Origin: Mustelus asterias
Taxonomy: Eukaryota
Reading direction: 5' to 3'
Length of the DNA stretch: 64,000 bases
Assembly (NCBI RefSeq): GCF_964213995.1
Contig: NW_027590219.1
Coordinates: 496,001 to 560,000 of the forward strand
Each line of letters starts with the position of its first letter. Within the stretch, counting starts at the first letter, position 1. The notes below the pieces were generated by a model, which worked only from the letters and a program-made list of their open reading frames with translations, ran no database searches and had not been told where the DNA came from. The translations under genes were made by a program, and so were the position numbers. Shown piece by piece: positions 48,372-59,892 of the stretch.

Positions 48372-50715
48372 ATCAGATAGGAGGAGGTTGGTGTCAGTGG
48401 CTGGGGTTTATATCAGACAGGAGGAGATTGGTGTCAGTGTGGGGTTTTGTATCAGACAGGAGGAGGTTGGTGTCAGTGACTGTGGGGTTTATATCATGAT
48501 GTGGAGATGCCGGCGTTGGACTGGGGTAAGCATAGTAAGAAGTCTCACAACACCAAGTTAAAGTGACTGTGGGGTTTATATCACAGTAAGAAGTTTAACA
48601 ACACCAGGTTAAAGTCCAACAGGTTTATTTGGTAGCAAAAACCACACGGGTTTATATCAGACAGGAGGAGATTGGTGTCAGTGTGGGGTTTATATCAGAC
48701 AGGAGGAGATTGGTGTCAGTGTGGGGTTTATATCAGACAGGAGGAGATTGGTGTCAGTGTGGGGTTTATATCAGACAGGAGGAGATTGGTGTCAGTGTGG
48801 GGTTTATATCAGGCAGGAGGAGATTGGTGTCAGTGTGGGGTTTATATCAGACAGAAGGAGATTGGTGTCAGTGACTGTGGGGTTTATATCAGACAGGAGG
48901 AGATTGGTGTCAGTGTGGGGTTTATATCAGACAGGAGGAGATTGGTGTCAGTGTGGGGTTTATATCAGACAGGAGGAGATTGGTGTCAGTGTGGGGGTTT
49001 ATATCAGACAGGAGGAGATTGGTGTCAGTGTGGGGTTTATATCAGACAGGAGGAGATTGGTGTCAGTGTGGGGTTTATATCAGACAGGAGGAGATTGGTG
49101 TCAGTGTGGGGTTTATATCAGACAGGAGGAGATTGGTGTCAGTGTGGGGTTTATATCAGACAGGAGGAGATTGGTGTCAGTGTGGGGTTTATATCAGACA
49201 GGAGGAGATTGGTGGCAGTGTGGGGTTTATATCAGACAGGAGGAGATTGGTGTCAGTGTGGGGTTTATATCAGACAGGAGGAGATTGGTGTCAGTGTGGG
49301 GTTTATATCAGACAGAAGGAGATTGGTGTCAGTGTGGGGTTTATATCAGACAGGAGGAGATTGGTGTCAGTGTGGGGTTTATATCAGACAGGAGGAGATT
49401 GGTGTCAGTGTGGGGTTTATATCAGACAGGAGGAGATTGGTGTCAGTGTGGGGTTTATATCAGACAGGAGGAGATTGGTGTCAGTGTGGGGTTTATATCA
49501 GACAGGAGGAGATTGGTGTCAGTGTGGGGTTTATATCAGACAGGAGGAGATTGGTGTCAGTGTGGGGTTTATATCAGACAGGAGGAGATTGGTGTCAGTG
49601 TGGGGTTTATATCAGACAGGAGGAGATTGGTGTCAGTGTGGGGTTTATATCAGACAGGAGGAGATTGGTGTCAGTGTGGGGTTTATATCAGACAGGAGGA
49701 GATTGGTGTCAGTGTGGGGTTTATATCAGACAGAAGGAGATTGGTGTCAGTGTGGGGTTTATATCAGACAGGAGGAGATTGGTGTCAGTGTGGGGTTTAT
49801 ATCAGACAGGAGGAGATTGGTGTCAGTGTGGGGTTTATATCAGACAGGAGGAGATTGGTGTCAGTGTGGGGTTTATATCAGACAGGAGGAGATTGGTGTC
49901 AGTGTGGGGTTTATATCAGACAGGAGGAGATTGGTGTCAGTGTGGGGTTTATATCAGACAGGAGGAGATTGGTGTCAGTGTGGGGTTTATATCAGACAGG
50001 AGGAGATTGGTGTCAGTGTGGGGTTTATATCAGACAGGAGGAGATTGGTGTCAGTGTGGGGTTTATATCAGACAGAAGGAGATTGGTGTCAGTGTGGGGT
50101 TTATATCAGACAGAAGGAGATTGGTGTCAGTGTGGGGTTTATATCAGACAGGAGGAGATTGGTGTCAGTGTGGGGTTTATATCAGACAGGAGGAGATTGG
50201 TGTCAGTGTGGGGTTTATATCAGACAGGAGGAGATTGGTGTCAGTGTGGGGTTTATATCAGACAGGAGGAGATTGGTGTCAGTGACTGTGGGGTTTATAT
50301 CAGACAGGAGGAGATTGGTGTCAGTGTGGGGTTTATATCAGACAGGAGGTGATTGGTGTCGGTGTGGGGTTTATATCAGACAGGAGGAGATTGGTGTCAG
50401 TGTGGGGTTTATATCAGACAGGAGGAGATTGGTGTCAGTGTGGGGTTTATATCAGACAGGAGGAGATTGGTGTCAGTGTGGGGTTTATATCAGACAGGAG
50501 GAGATTGGTGTCAGTGTGGGGTTTATATCAGACAGGAGGAGATTGGTGTCAGTGTGGGGTTTATATCAGACAGGAGGAGATTGGTGTCAGTGTGGGGTTT
50601 ATATCAGACAGGAGGAGATTGGTGTCAGTGACTGTGGGGTTTATATCAGACAGGAGGAGATTGGTGTCAGTGTGGGGTTTATATCAGACAGGAGGAGATT
50701 GGTATCAGTGACTGT
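48372..50715 (+). repeat. 38-bp minisatellite (~54 homogeneous copies from 48647, plus degenerate edge units)
   Basis: Unit gtggggtttatatcagacaggaggagattggtgtcagt, with occasional +4 (gact) and agaagg variants. Confidence 0.97.
48497..48646. mobile_element. Two Penelope family-A end fragments inserted in the satellite edge
   Basis: tgatgtggagatgccggcgttggactgggg...cacaacacca and cagtaagaag...tggtagcaaa, separated by a duplicated tgactgtggggtttatatca. Confidence 0.7.
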
Positions 50716-50786
50716 GGTCTTGGTTTGTTTCGGGTATAAAGAGATTGGTGTCATCCGGCATGAAGAGCTTCCACCTTCCCTGTAAC

Positions 50787-51522
50787 CAAAGAACAAAGAA
50801 CAGAACAGCACAGGAAACAGGCCCTTCGGCCCTCCAAGCCTGTGCCGCCCCTTGGTCCAACTAGACCAATCGTTTGTATCCCTCCATTCCCAGGCTGCTC
50901 ATGTGACTATCCAGGTAAGTCTTAAACGATGTCAGCGTGTCTGCCTCCACCACCCTACTTGGCAGCGCATTCCAGGCCCCCACCACCCTCTGTGTAAAAA
51001 ACATCGCTCTAATATCTGAGTTATACTTCGACCCTCTCACCTTGAGCCCATGACCCCTCGTGACCGTCACTTCTGATCTGGGAAAAAGCTTCCCACTGTT
51101 CACCCTATCTATACCATTCATAATCTTGTACACCTCTATTAGATCTCCCCTCATTCTCCGTCTTTCCAGGGAGAACAACCCCAGTTTACCCAATCTCTCC
51201 TCATAGCTAAGACCCTCCATACCAGGCAACATCCTGGTAAACCTTCTCTGCACTCTCTCTAACGCCTCCACGTCCTTCTGGTAGTGCGGCGACCAGAACT
51301 GGACGCAGTACTCCAAATGTGGCCTAACCAGCGTTCTATACAGCTGCATCATCAGACTCCAGCTTTTATACTCTATACCCTGTCCTATAAAGGCAAGCAT
51401 CCCATATGCCTTCTTCACCACCTTCTCCACCTGCGTTGCCACCTTCAAGGATTTGTGGACTTGCACACCTAGGTCCCTCTGTGTTTCTATACTCTTGATG
51501 GCTCTGCCATTTATTGTATAAC
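50787..51522 (-). mobile_element. Young CR1 3' fragment (open 201 aa)
   Basis: LVRPHLEYCVQFWSPHY..QRRFTRMLP. Its tail matches the 24950-25052 insertion. Confidence 0.92.
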
Positions 51523-53076
51523 TCCTGCCTCCTTTTTACTTTCCAGATATTTTCCTGGGTATTCTGGGGACCAAATTGGAGATTTAAACTCAAACATATC
51601 AGGAACCACAGGTCTTAACATTGGCCAAAAGCAAAATCCTCCAGGTTTGGGAAATACTCAGATGTTCAGTCTCCATCTATGAAGGGAGAAACAGTCTTCA
51701 TGTTTGCTCGATGACCTTTCATCAGAGCCCACTGTGGGACCGTCAACGTTCCTGTGAAGGGTTTTGGGGTGTGTTGAGGATGGTCGAGGTGCTATATAAA
51801 TGCAGCTTGTTGTTGATATTGACTGAGGGTGGGATTCAGTCACCTATCTGAGCTGGAAGCTCGATCCAGTCCTGCTGGGGGAGAGCTTACCAGCTGCATG
51901 ATGAAAGGGATTAACTCGTCCCATTCAGTGACACAGTCGGACAGTCACACTGAGAAAGGGTTCAGACACTTCCTGTCTCTGACAGGATTTACTCAGCTTT
52001 CCCACCTGTTAACATCCCAGTTTTAAAAATCAAATGATTTCTTGCACAATCAGTGGCGGAGAGTCAGTGTGTGGGCAAGGAAGATTCACAAACACTTCCC
52101 TCAGGCGGCAAATCCCAAATCCACATTTGCCCCATTAGGGTTGGCAGCTCTGGGCATTGCCCGGGTGGTGGGCCCAGATTAACAGCTGCCATCCTCATAG
52201 GGGGCAATGAGCAGCTGGTCACATGTACACATATTAAGCTGATCTTTCTCTACACCCTAACTATGACTGAAATACTGTAATCTGCACTCTCTCCTTTCCT
52301 TCTCCCTTATGTACTCGATGAATGGTATGTTTTGTCTGCACAGCGCGCAAGAAACATTACTTTTCACATGTGACAATAAATCAAATCAAATGTGTCGTCA
52401 TCCTGGGCTCGGAGGAGGGAATGTTGTGAATTTCCCAGAATTGTTACAGCACAGAAAGAGGCCATTTGGCCCATTGCGTCTGTGCTGGCTCTCGGAACGA
52501 GCAATTCATGGAGAGCTATTTCCCTGCCTCCTCCCTGTAACCCGGATCATTCATCCCCTTCAGATAACCAAATTCAGATTTTGTATCCTGGACTGACAGT
52601 GATGGATTTTGGGAATTCCTCTTACAGAGGGTTAGAAGGGGAAGATTTACACACAGCAAACTCAAACCAAAAGAAATGTTTGTTCTGAATGTTATCTTGT
52701 CCCTGCATTGACAGCTTTTTTCAACACCTTTCCCACAGGGAGTGACAGTCGGGAAACACATTTCAATATCTGAAAAATTCACTCAATTCATCAGGAGCCG
52801 AATATTATCGACCTTTGAATGTGGAAGGAGAAATGTTGGTCTGTTCTGTCTGTGGGAAAAGATTTCAAACATCAGTATGACTGGAAAATCACTGAGACAC
52901 ACACACACCAGAGTGCGAGTGTTCCAGTGAACTGACTGTGGAAAGAGCTTTAACCAGTTACACAGCCTGAAAAACATCACACCATTCACAGCGAGAAGAA
53001 ACTGTACAGATGTTCTGTGTATGGATGAGGCTTCAACTGATCATCCAACCTGGAGAGACACACGGATACCAACACC

Positions 53077-53571
53077 ATGGAGAAACCGTGGAAATGTGAG
53101 TTCTGTGGGAAAGGATTCAGTTCTCCATCCAATCTGGAAGCTCATCGACGCAGTCACACCGGGGAACGGCCATTCACCTGCTCTGGGTGTGGGAAAGGAT
53201 TCACTCAGTTATCCTGTCTTCAGACACACCATCTTGTTCATTCTGAGAACAAACTTTTCACTTGCTCTGACTGTGAGAACAGTTTTAAAAGGAAACCATA
53301 TTTGCTGACTCACCACCGTATTCACACTGAGCAGAGACCTTCTCTGCGTGTGGGAAGGGATCAATCATCCAACCTGCAGACACACCAGCAAGTTCACACT
53401 GGGGAGAGGCCATTCACCTGCTCCGAATGTGGGAAGGGATTCATTCAGTCATCCCACCTACTGAGATACAAAGAAGTTTACACAGGGGAGAGGCCATTCA
53501 CCTGTTCCCTGTGTGGGAAGAGATTCACTAATTCATCCCACCTACTGAGACACCAGCGGGTTCACAAGTAA
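53077..53571 (+). CDS. C2H2 zinc-finger protein, 4 intact plus 2 degenerate fingers
   Basis: 164-aa ORF MEKPWKC...HQRVHK*. Finger 4 is partly deleted in-frame; finger 5 has His to Tyr changes. Confidence 0.65.
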   Translation: MEKPWKCEFCGKGFSSPSNLEAHRRSHTGERPFTCSGCGKGFTQLSCLQTHHLVHSENKLFTCSDCENSFKRKPYLLTHHRIHTEQRPSLRVGRDQSSNLQTHQQVHTGERPFTCSECGKGFIQSSHLLRYKEVYTGERPFTCSLCGKRFTNSSHLLRHQRVHK

Positions 53572-53664
53572 CAGCAGGGATTGGATTCTGCTGTTATTGC
53601 TGCTGTTAATCACATCCTGGATTGAACCATGTTCATTCTAACTTTTTCAGTTTGTTTCTGTTGA

Positions 53665-54238
53665 TGTTGTACAAGACATTGGTAAGGCCACAATTGGAAT
53701 ACTGTGTGCGGTTCTGGTCACCCTATTATAGAAAGGATATTATTAAACTAGAAAGAGTGCAGAAAAGATTTACTCAGATGCTACCGGGACTTGATGGTTT
53801 GAGTTATAAGGAGAGGCTGGATAGACTGGGACTTTTTTCTCTGGAGCGTAGGAGGCTGAGGGGTGATCTTATAGAGGTCTATAAAATAATGAGGGGCCAG
53901 ATCAGCTAGATAGTCAATATCTTTTCCCAAAGGTAGGGGAGTCTAAAACGAGAGGGCAAAGGTTTAAGGTGAGAGGGGAGAGATACAAAAGTGTCCAGAG
54001 GGGCAATTTCTTCATACAGAGGGTGGTGAGTGTCTGGAACAAGCTGCCAGAGGTAGTAGTAGAGGTGGGTACAATTTTGTCTTTTAAAAAGCATTTAGAT
54101 AGTTACATGGGTAAGATGTGTATAGAGGGATATGGGCCAAATGTAGGCAATTGGGATTAGCTTAGGGGTTTAAAAAAAAGGGCAGCATGGACAAGTTGGG
54201 CCGAAGGGCCTGTTTCCATGCTGTAAACCTCTATGACT
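53665..54238 (+). mobile_element. CR1 3' fragment inserted in the ZNF 3' UTR
   Basis: LVRPQLEYCVRFWSPYY. The UTR resumes at atgttaatc (54239). Confidence 0.9.
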
Positions 54239-54394
54239 ATGTTAATCATCCGAAGAACTGAGCTGGAGTTTAAGATTCTGAATACAGGTGAAATAAATTA
54301 GCTCAGTATTAAACACCCGGTGTGTTGCGTATTTGTTAAGAGACTAACTGAAATCCTGTTCTCCACTGTTCCATTTCTGGGTCTTCTCTCAGTT

Positions 54395-54785
54395 GAAGGA
54401 ACATTTATATTTGTGTTGAGCCTTTCCTGACATCAGGTTGTTCCAAAGCTTTTCTGGCCAATCAGACAGTGTTGGAAATGCAGCAGCTCATTTGCGCAGC
54501 AAGATCCCATAGAAAATAATCCAGATAATGTATTTGAGTGATCTTGATTGAGGGATAAAGGTTGATCAAGACTCTGGGGAGAAATCCCCTGCTCTTTGAA
54601 AGAGCATCAATGGATCTCTTATGCCTGACTGTTCAGTCTCACTTGGAACACAGGACCTCTGACAGTGCGGGGCTCCCTCAGTACTGCAGTGGAATGTCAG
54701 CCTGGAATTTCTGTTCACTTCTCTGGATTTGAAAACACAGCCTCCTGACTCAGATATGAGAAAGCAACCACTGAGACAAGACTAA
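54395..54785 (-). mobile_element. DeuSINE-like (SacSINE1/AmnSINE-type) element
   Basis: Minus strand has a tRNA-like head, then aggctgacattccactgcagtactgagggag..gcactgtcagagg (resembles the Deu domain as recalled) and an L2-like tail. Confidence 0.55.
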
Positions 54786-54965
54786 CACCTCATCATTACT
54801 GTGGATTATTTCAGTTTTCAAACCTCTGGTTACCCTCATGGACAAGTCCCAGCTGCCCATTCCTTCAAGTGTGTCTCTCTTAGCCTGGATATCCTGAGGA
54901 GGTGTCGGTAACACAGCCATGTAGCTGTCCTCAGTGTTTAATGGGACAGTGTGGACACAAATCCA

Positions 54966-55177
54966 CAGGAAGTAGTCTCACAACACCAGGTTAAAATCCA
55001 ACAGGTTTATTTGGTAGCACGAGCTTTCAGAGCGCCGCTCCTTCATCAGGTGAGTGCGTTATGAAGGAGCAGCGCTCCAAAAGCTCATGCTACCAAATAA
55101 ACCCATTGGACTTTAACCTGGTGTTGTGAGACTACTTACTGTGCTTACCCCAGTCCAACACCAGCAACTCCACATCA
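54966..55177. mobile_element. Penelope family-A fold-back element with hammerhead on the minus arm and a partial one on the plus arm
   Basis: Arms of ~85 bp; minus tcac-CTGATGA-aggagcggcgctct-GAA-AGCT-C-gtg. Flanking duplication cacaaatccacagg at 54956 and 55176. Confidence 0.8.
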
Positions 55178-56064
55178 CAAATCCACAGGGACAGTGAGAG
55201 TCCAATTCAATGTTGTACAATCTGTTCAATATTTCATCCTTGGCTCTGAGTCTTTTGGTGATGATTTAAATCTGATGTCTGTTAGTTGCTGACTCATCGA
55301 CTTGGGAAATAGTTTTTTCTCATTTGCCTGATAAAATTTTGAACCCATCCCCAGATTTTCAATCAGTTCTCGTGAAAAGAGCCCCAGTTTCTAGAATCTT
55401 TTCTGATAACTAAAGCCTCTATTCCCTGTGATTGTCTCAGTGAATCTCTTCTGCACGCCATGATTTTGAATGTTTCTATCAAATCTCCTCTCAGTCTTTT
55501 CTCCAAGTGAAAGAGTCCCAAATTCTCCAATCTGTCTTCATCACTGAAGTTTCTCATTCCTGGAATCATTCTCCTAAATCTGATTTTCCACCCTTTGTTT
55601 TCTATTTCCATGTGGAGAGAATTGCTACAAGAACTGGAAAAACTCAGCGTGTCTGCCCATATTTATCAAGAGAGAAAGCAGAGTTAAGGTTTCAGGTCCT
55701 TTGACTTTTCGTCACAGTTGAAGAATTACTGCCCGATTTCACTCTGAGCTCCAATCTTTCACACAATGTTCCCTTGTTCTTGATTCCCCACCAGAGGAAA
55801 TCATTTTTCCATATTTACCCAATTGAAAGGATCAACTGATTTTGGTCAGTTCCCTTTAATCTAGATCAGCACAAATTTCCCTTTTACATTCCAGGACCTG
55901 CAGCATTTCAGGAATGGTTTATAACAAGAAATTCACAATTTCCTATCCCATGAAGAAAAGGTTATGGTTATAACTTAATCCTGGATTGGTGCTGAATCTG
56001 GACATGTAAAGCCAGGTTAAAGTTTAAAGTTGAGATCATTTTTTTAAAGGTGAGATGATGTACT

Positions 56065-57165
56065 AGCGGACTCAAGAACAGCTTCTTCCCTGTTTGCGGA
56101 CAACACAAAATTGGCAGGACTTGCAGATAGTGAGGAGCATTGTCAGAAGCTACAGAAGGATATAGATGGGCTGGAAATTTGGGCAAAGAAATGGCAGATG
56201 GAGTTCAATCCTGATGAATGCGAAGTGATGCATTTTGGTAGAAATAATGTAGGGAGGAGCTATACGATAAATGGCAGAACCATAAAGGGTGTAGATACGC
56301 AGAGGGACCTGGGTGTGCAAGTCCACAGATCCTTGAAGGTGACGTCACAGGTGGAGAAGGTGGTCAAGAAGGCATATGGCATGCTTGCCTTTATAGGACG
56401 GGGCATAGAGTATAAAAGTTGGGGTCTGATGTTGCAGATGTATAGAACGTTGGTTCGGCCGCATTTGGAATATGCGTCCAGTTCTGGTCGCCACACTACC
56501 AGAAGGAGGTGGAGGCTTTGGAGAGAGTACAGAGGAGGTTTACCAGGATGTTGCCTGGTATGGAGGGGCTTAGTTATGAGGAGAGATTGGGTAAACTGGG
56601 GTTGTTCTCCCTGGAAAGACGGAGGATGAGGGGAGACTTTATAGAGGTGTATAAGATTATGAAAGGCATAGATAGGGTGAACGGTGGGAAGCTTTTCCCC
56701 AGGTCGGTGGTGACATTCATGAGGAGTCATAGGTTCAAGGTGAAAGGGGGGAGGTTTAACACAGATATCAGACGGACATATTTTACACAGAGGGTGGTGG
56801 GGGCCTGGAATGCGCTGCCAGGCAAGGTGGTGGAGGCGGACACACTGGGAACATTTAAGACTTATCTAGATAGCCATATGAACGGAGTGGGAATGGAGGG
56901 ATACAAAAGAATGGTCTAGTTTGGACCAGGGAGCAGCGCGGGCTTGGAGGGCCGAAGGGCCTGTTCCTGTGCTGTATTGTTCTTTGCCACCATCAGACTT
57001 TTGAATGCAGATCTTTCTCTCGACCCTATCTGTAAGTGCAACATTATATTCTGCAGCCTTTCCTTCTCCGCTATGTACTCTATGAACAGTATTTATTTTC
57101 TTGCACGCTGTTCAGACACAATACTTTCACTGTATCCCAATAAATGTGACAATAAATCAAATCAA
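56065..57165 (+). mobile_element. Young CR1 fragment (56090-56985) nested in the 3' end of a Rex/Babar- or L2-like LINE
   Basis: The host motif KNSFFP|ATIRLLN is split by the CR1. Host tail tgtgacaataaatcaaatc also occurs at 52370. Confidence 0.75.
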
Positions 57166-57267
57166 AACAGAGAATTGTTACAATGATTAACCCGGAAGAA
57201 TTGAAGACACAGAGGATAAGATAAACTTTGAAAGATTGAATATTCGAAGGTAAAGTAAAAGTATTTT

Positions 57268-57557
57268 TTTTATTAGTCACAAGTGGGCTTACTTTAACAC
57301 TGCAATGAAATTACTGTTAAAATCCCCTAGTCACCACACTCCGGCACCTGTTCGGGTACACTGAGGGAGAATTTAGCATGGCCAATGCACCTAACCAGCA
57401 TGTCTTTTGGACAGTGGGAAGAAACCGGAGCACCTGGAGAAAACCTACACAGACCCGGGGAGAAGATGCAGACTCTGCATAGAAAGTAACCCAAGCCGGA
57501 AATTGAACCTGGGTCCCTGGTGCTGTGAGGCACCAGTGCTAACCACCGTGCCGCCCC
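57268..57557 (-). mobile_element. HE1-like SINE
   Basis: Reverse complement of the family consensus. Confidence 0.85.
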
Positions 57558-57599
57558 TGGTGGAGGGATGTGGGGAACAGGCACTTATGATATAAAAAT

Positions 57600-57685
57600 A
57601 GTAAGAAGTCTCACAACACCAGGTTAGAGTCCAACAGGTTTATCTGGAACCATGAGCTTTCGAGCGCTGCTGCTTCATCAGGTGA
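57600..57685 (-). mobile_element. Penelope family-A fragment with hammerhead core
   Basis: Minus tcac-CTGATGA-agcagcagcgctc-GAA-AGCT-C. Flanked by tgatat(a/g)aaaata. Confidence 0.7.
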
Positions 57686-57819
57686 TATGAAAATACAAGC
57701 TGGACTGCAGTGAATGAACCTGAGTGAAGTGGTTCTGATCATGTTGAGGGTTTGTTGGGTGATTCACTCTCCTTTGTTCAGACACAACATGTCCCAACAT
57801 CCAACTGCAAGACTGTGCA

Positions 57820-58130
57820 TCTGCACTGCCAGCGCAAGCGCAGTTTCCCTTGGAACGGCCTGTCAACGTGTTTGCGCACGTGCAGATTCTGAGCTCATCG
57901 CGCAGTCGCAACTATGCGGTGACGCCATCACGCACTCACCATTGTGGTGTCATCACGCCCACTTCCGGGGTTCCCACAGTGGCGGGAGTTTTGAAATCTC
58001 TCTCTCTGGTTTCTGATCTTTCCAGCTGCAGCTCCCAGAAGCAGATTTATCTTTAAAAACAGCGGCATTGTTTCAGAGGCAAGTGCTTGTGACCATTCCT
58101 CTGAAACTGAGAGCTTTTAGTGGTGAGTTC
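57820..58130 (+). promoter_or_regulatory. Putative promoter/first exon for the ZNF at 61 kb
   Basis: CpG cluster, CACGTG, ACTTCCGG (57961), candidate donor GTG|GTGAGT at ~58123. Confidence 0.5.
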
Positions 58131-58661
58131 TGTTATCTGAGAGAGGTTCCATGTGTGGCTGGTCTGACTTCTTTACTGTGGATCTGAATCCATGTCCATC
58201 CATTGCTCAGTTTTACCTCTGCCCTCCCTGATCACCTTTCTGTCATTGTCTAACTTCCCTCTGTCTCTAATGCTGGGTGCGTTTTAACTGTGTTTAATAT
58301 TTTACTGTTAGATTGTCTAAATGAAGTTTCAACTGCTGTCTCTCCCCTGACTATGTATTGATGGTGATATTTGAATGCAGTCAAAAAATCTGGAATTTAG
58401 TGTTTACTGATGACCATGAAACCATTGTCGATTGTTGTTAAAAGCCTATCTGGTTCACTAATGTCCTTTAGGGAAGAAAATCTGCTGTCCTTACCTGGCC
58501 TGGCCTACATGTGACTCCAGACTTTCAGCAATGTGGCTGACTCTTATCTGCCTTCTGAAATGGCTCAGCAAGCTACTCAGTCCAAGGGCAATTAGGGATG
58601 GGCCAGTCCTTCTCCTGTGAATGACTTTTTAAAAAAATTACTAGCTTTATCTTCCCACAGC

Positions 58662-58982
58662 ATAGAATCATGGAATACCTACAGTGCAGAAGGAGGTCAT
58701 TCAGTCCATCAGGTTTGCACCTGCAATAATCCCACCCTGGCCCTATCCCCGTAACCTCACATATTTACCCTGTTAACCCCTCTGACAGTAATGGGCAATT
58801 TAGCTTGACCAATCCACCTAACCTGCACATTTCTGGAGTGGGAGGAAACCGGAGCACCCGGAGGAAACCCATGCCAGCACAGGGAGAATGTGCAAACACC
58901 ACACTGACAGTCACCCAAGGCTGGAATTCAACCCGGGTCCCTGGTGCTGTGAGGCAGCAGTGCTAACCACTGTGCCACCGTG
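58662..58982 (-). mobile_element. HE1-like SINE with CR1-type tail
   Basis: catagaatc..tacagtgcagaagg tail plus core. Confidence 0.82.
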
Positions 58983-59530
58983 CATCCTTCAGCATCAGGA
59001 CGTTTTTTTTTCCTGTAGTCAATTTCTCTTCCACTTCTGAGCTTATTGACCATCAAATCCTGCACCATTTTTATTCTTCAAATTTCATTCTGCAGTACCT
59101 TCCTGAATTGTTCATTCTGTCTCTTTCTCTCGCCACAGGCAGTACCCGGCCTGCTGAGTTAACAATTAACAATCAGCCATGGTCGGAAATATTTGGGCAG
59201 ATATCTAAAAGCTTGGTCAAAGAGGTAGATTTTAAAGAGGAAAGGGAGGTGGACAGCTGTAGAGAGCGAGGAGGCTAGAATTAGAGGAGTGGCGATTTGT
59301 CAGCATTGTGCATCTGGAGGAGTTTATAGAGATCATGAGAGTCAAGGCCATGAAGAGATTTGAAAAATCATTTCAAACATTAAGGTGGTGTCTTAACCAG
59401 AAGCTTGTGAGGGTAAGATGAGGGTTTCAGTGGACAATGAGATGAGGCAAAGGTGAAGTTTGATGATACTCTGACCAAAATAGGATTCTAATGATGACAT
59501 GGAAATGTGGTCAGAAACTCATCTTGGGGT

Positions 59531-59892
59531 CCATAAGACCATAAGACATAGGAGCGGAAGTAAGGCCATTCGGCCCATCGAGTCCACTCCACCATTCAAT
59601 CATGGTTGATTTCAACTCCATTTACCCGCTCTCTCCCCATAGCCCTTAATTCCTCGAGAAATCAAGAATTTATCAATTTCTGTCTTGAAGACGCTCAACG
59701 TCTCGGCCTCCACAGCCCTCTGTGGCAATGAATTCCACAGACCCACCACTCTCTGGCTGAAGAAATTTCTCCTCATCTCTGTTCTAAAGTGACTCCCTTT
59801 TATTCTAAGGCTGTGCCCCCGCGTCCTAGTCTCCCCTGTTAATGGAAACAACTTCCCTACGTCCATCCTATCTAAGCCGTTCATTATCTTAT
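59531..59892 (-). mobile_element. CR1 3' fragment
   Basis: RGHSLRIKG..RRNFFSQRVVGLWNSLP; (ccataaga)n tail. Confidence 0.9.

Noticed and set aside
48629-50785. Three 537-610 aa overlapping ORFs
   Set aside because: Artefact of a stop-free 38-bp satellite. All frames give the same peptide and none starts with ATG.
51830-52025. Additional ZNF gene
   Set aside because: Only faint finger-like relics (GFSHLSELE, GFTQLSHLLT) with no Cys/His framework.
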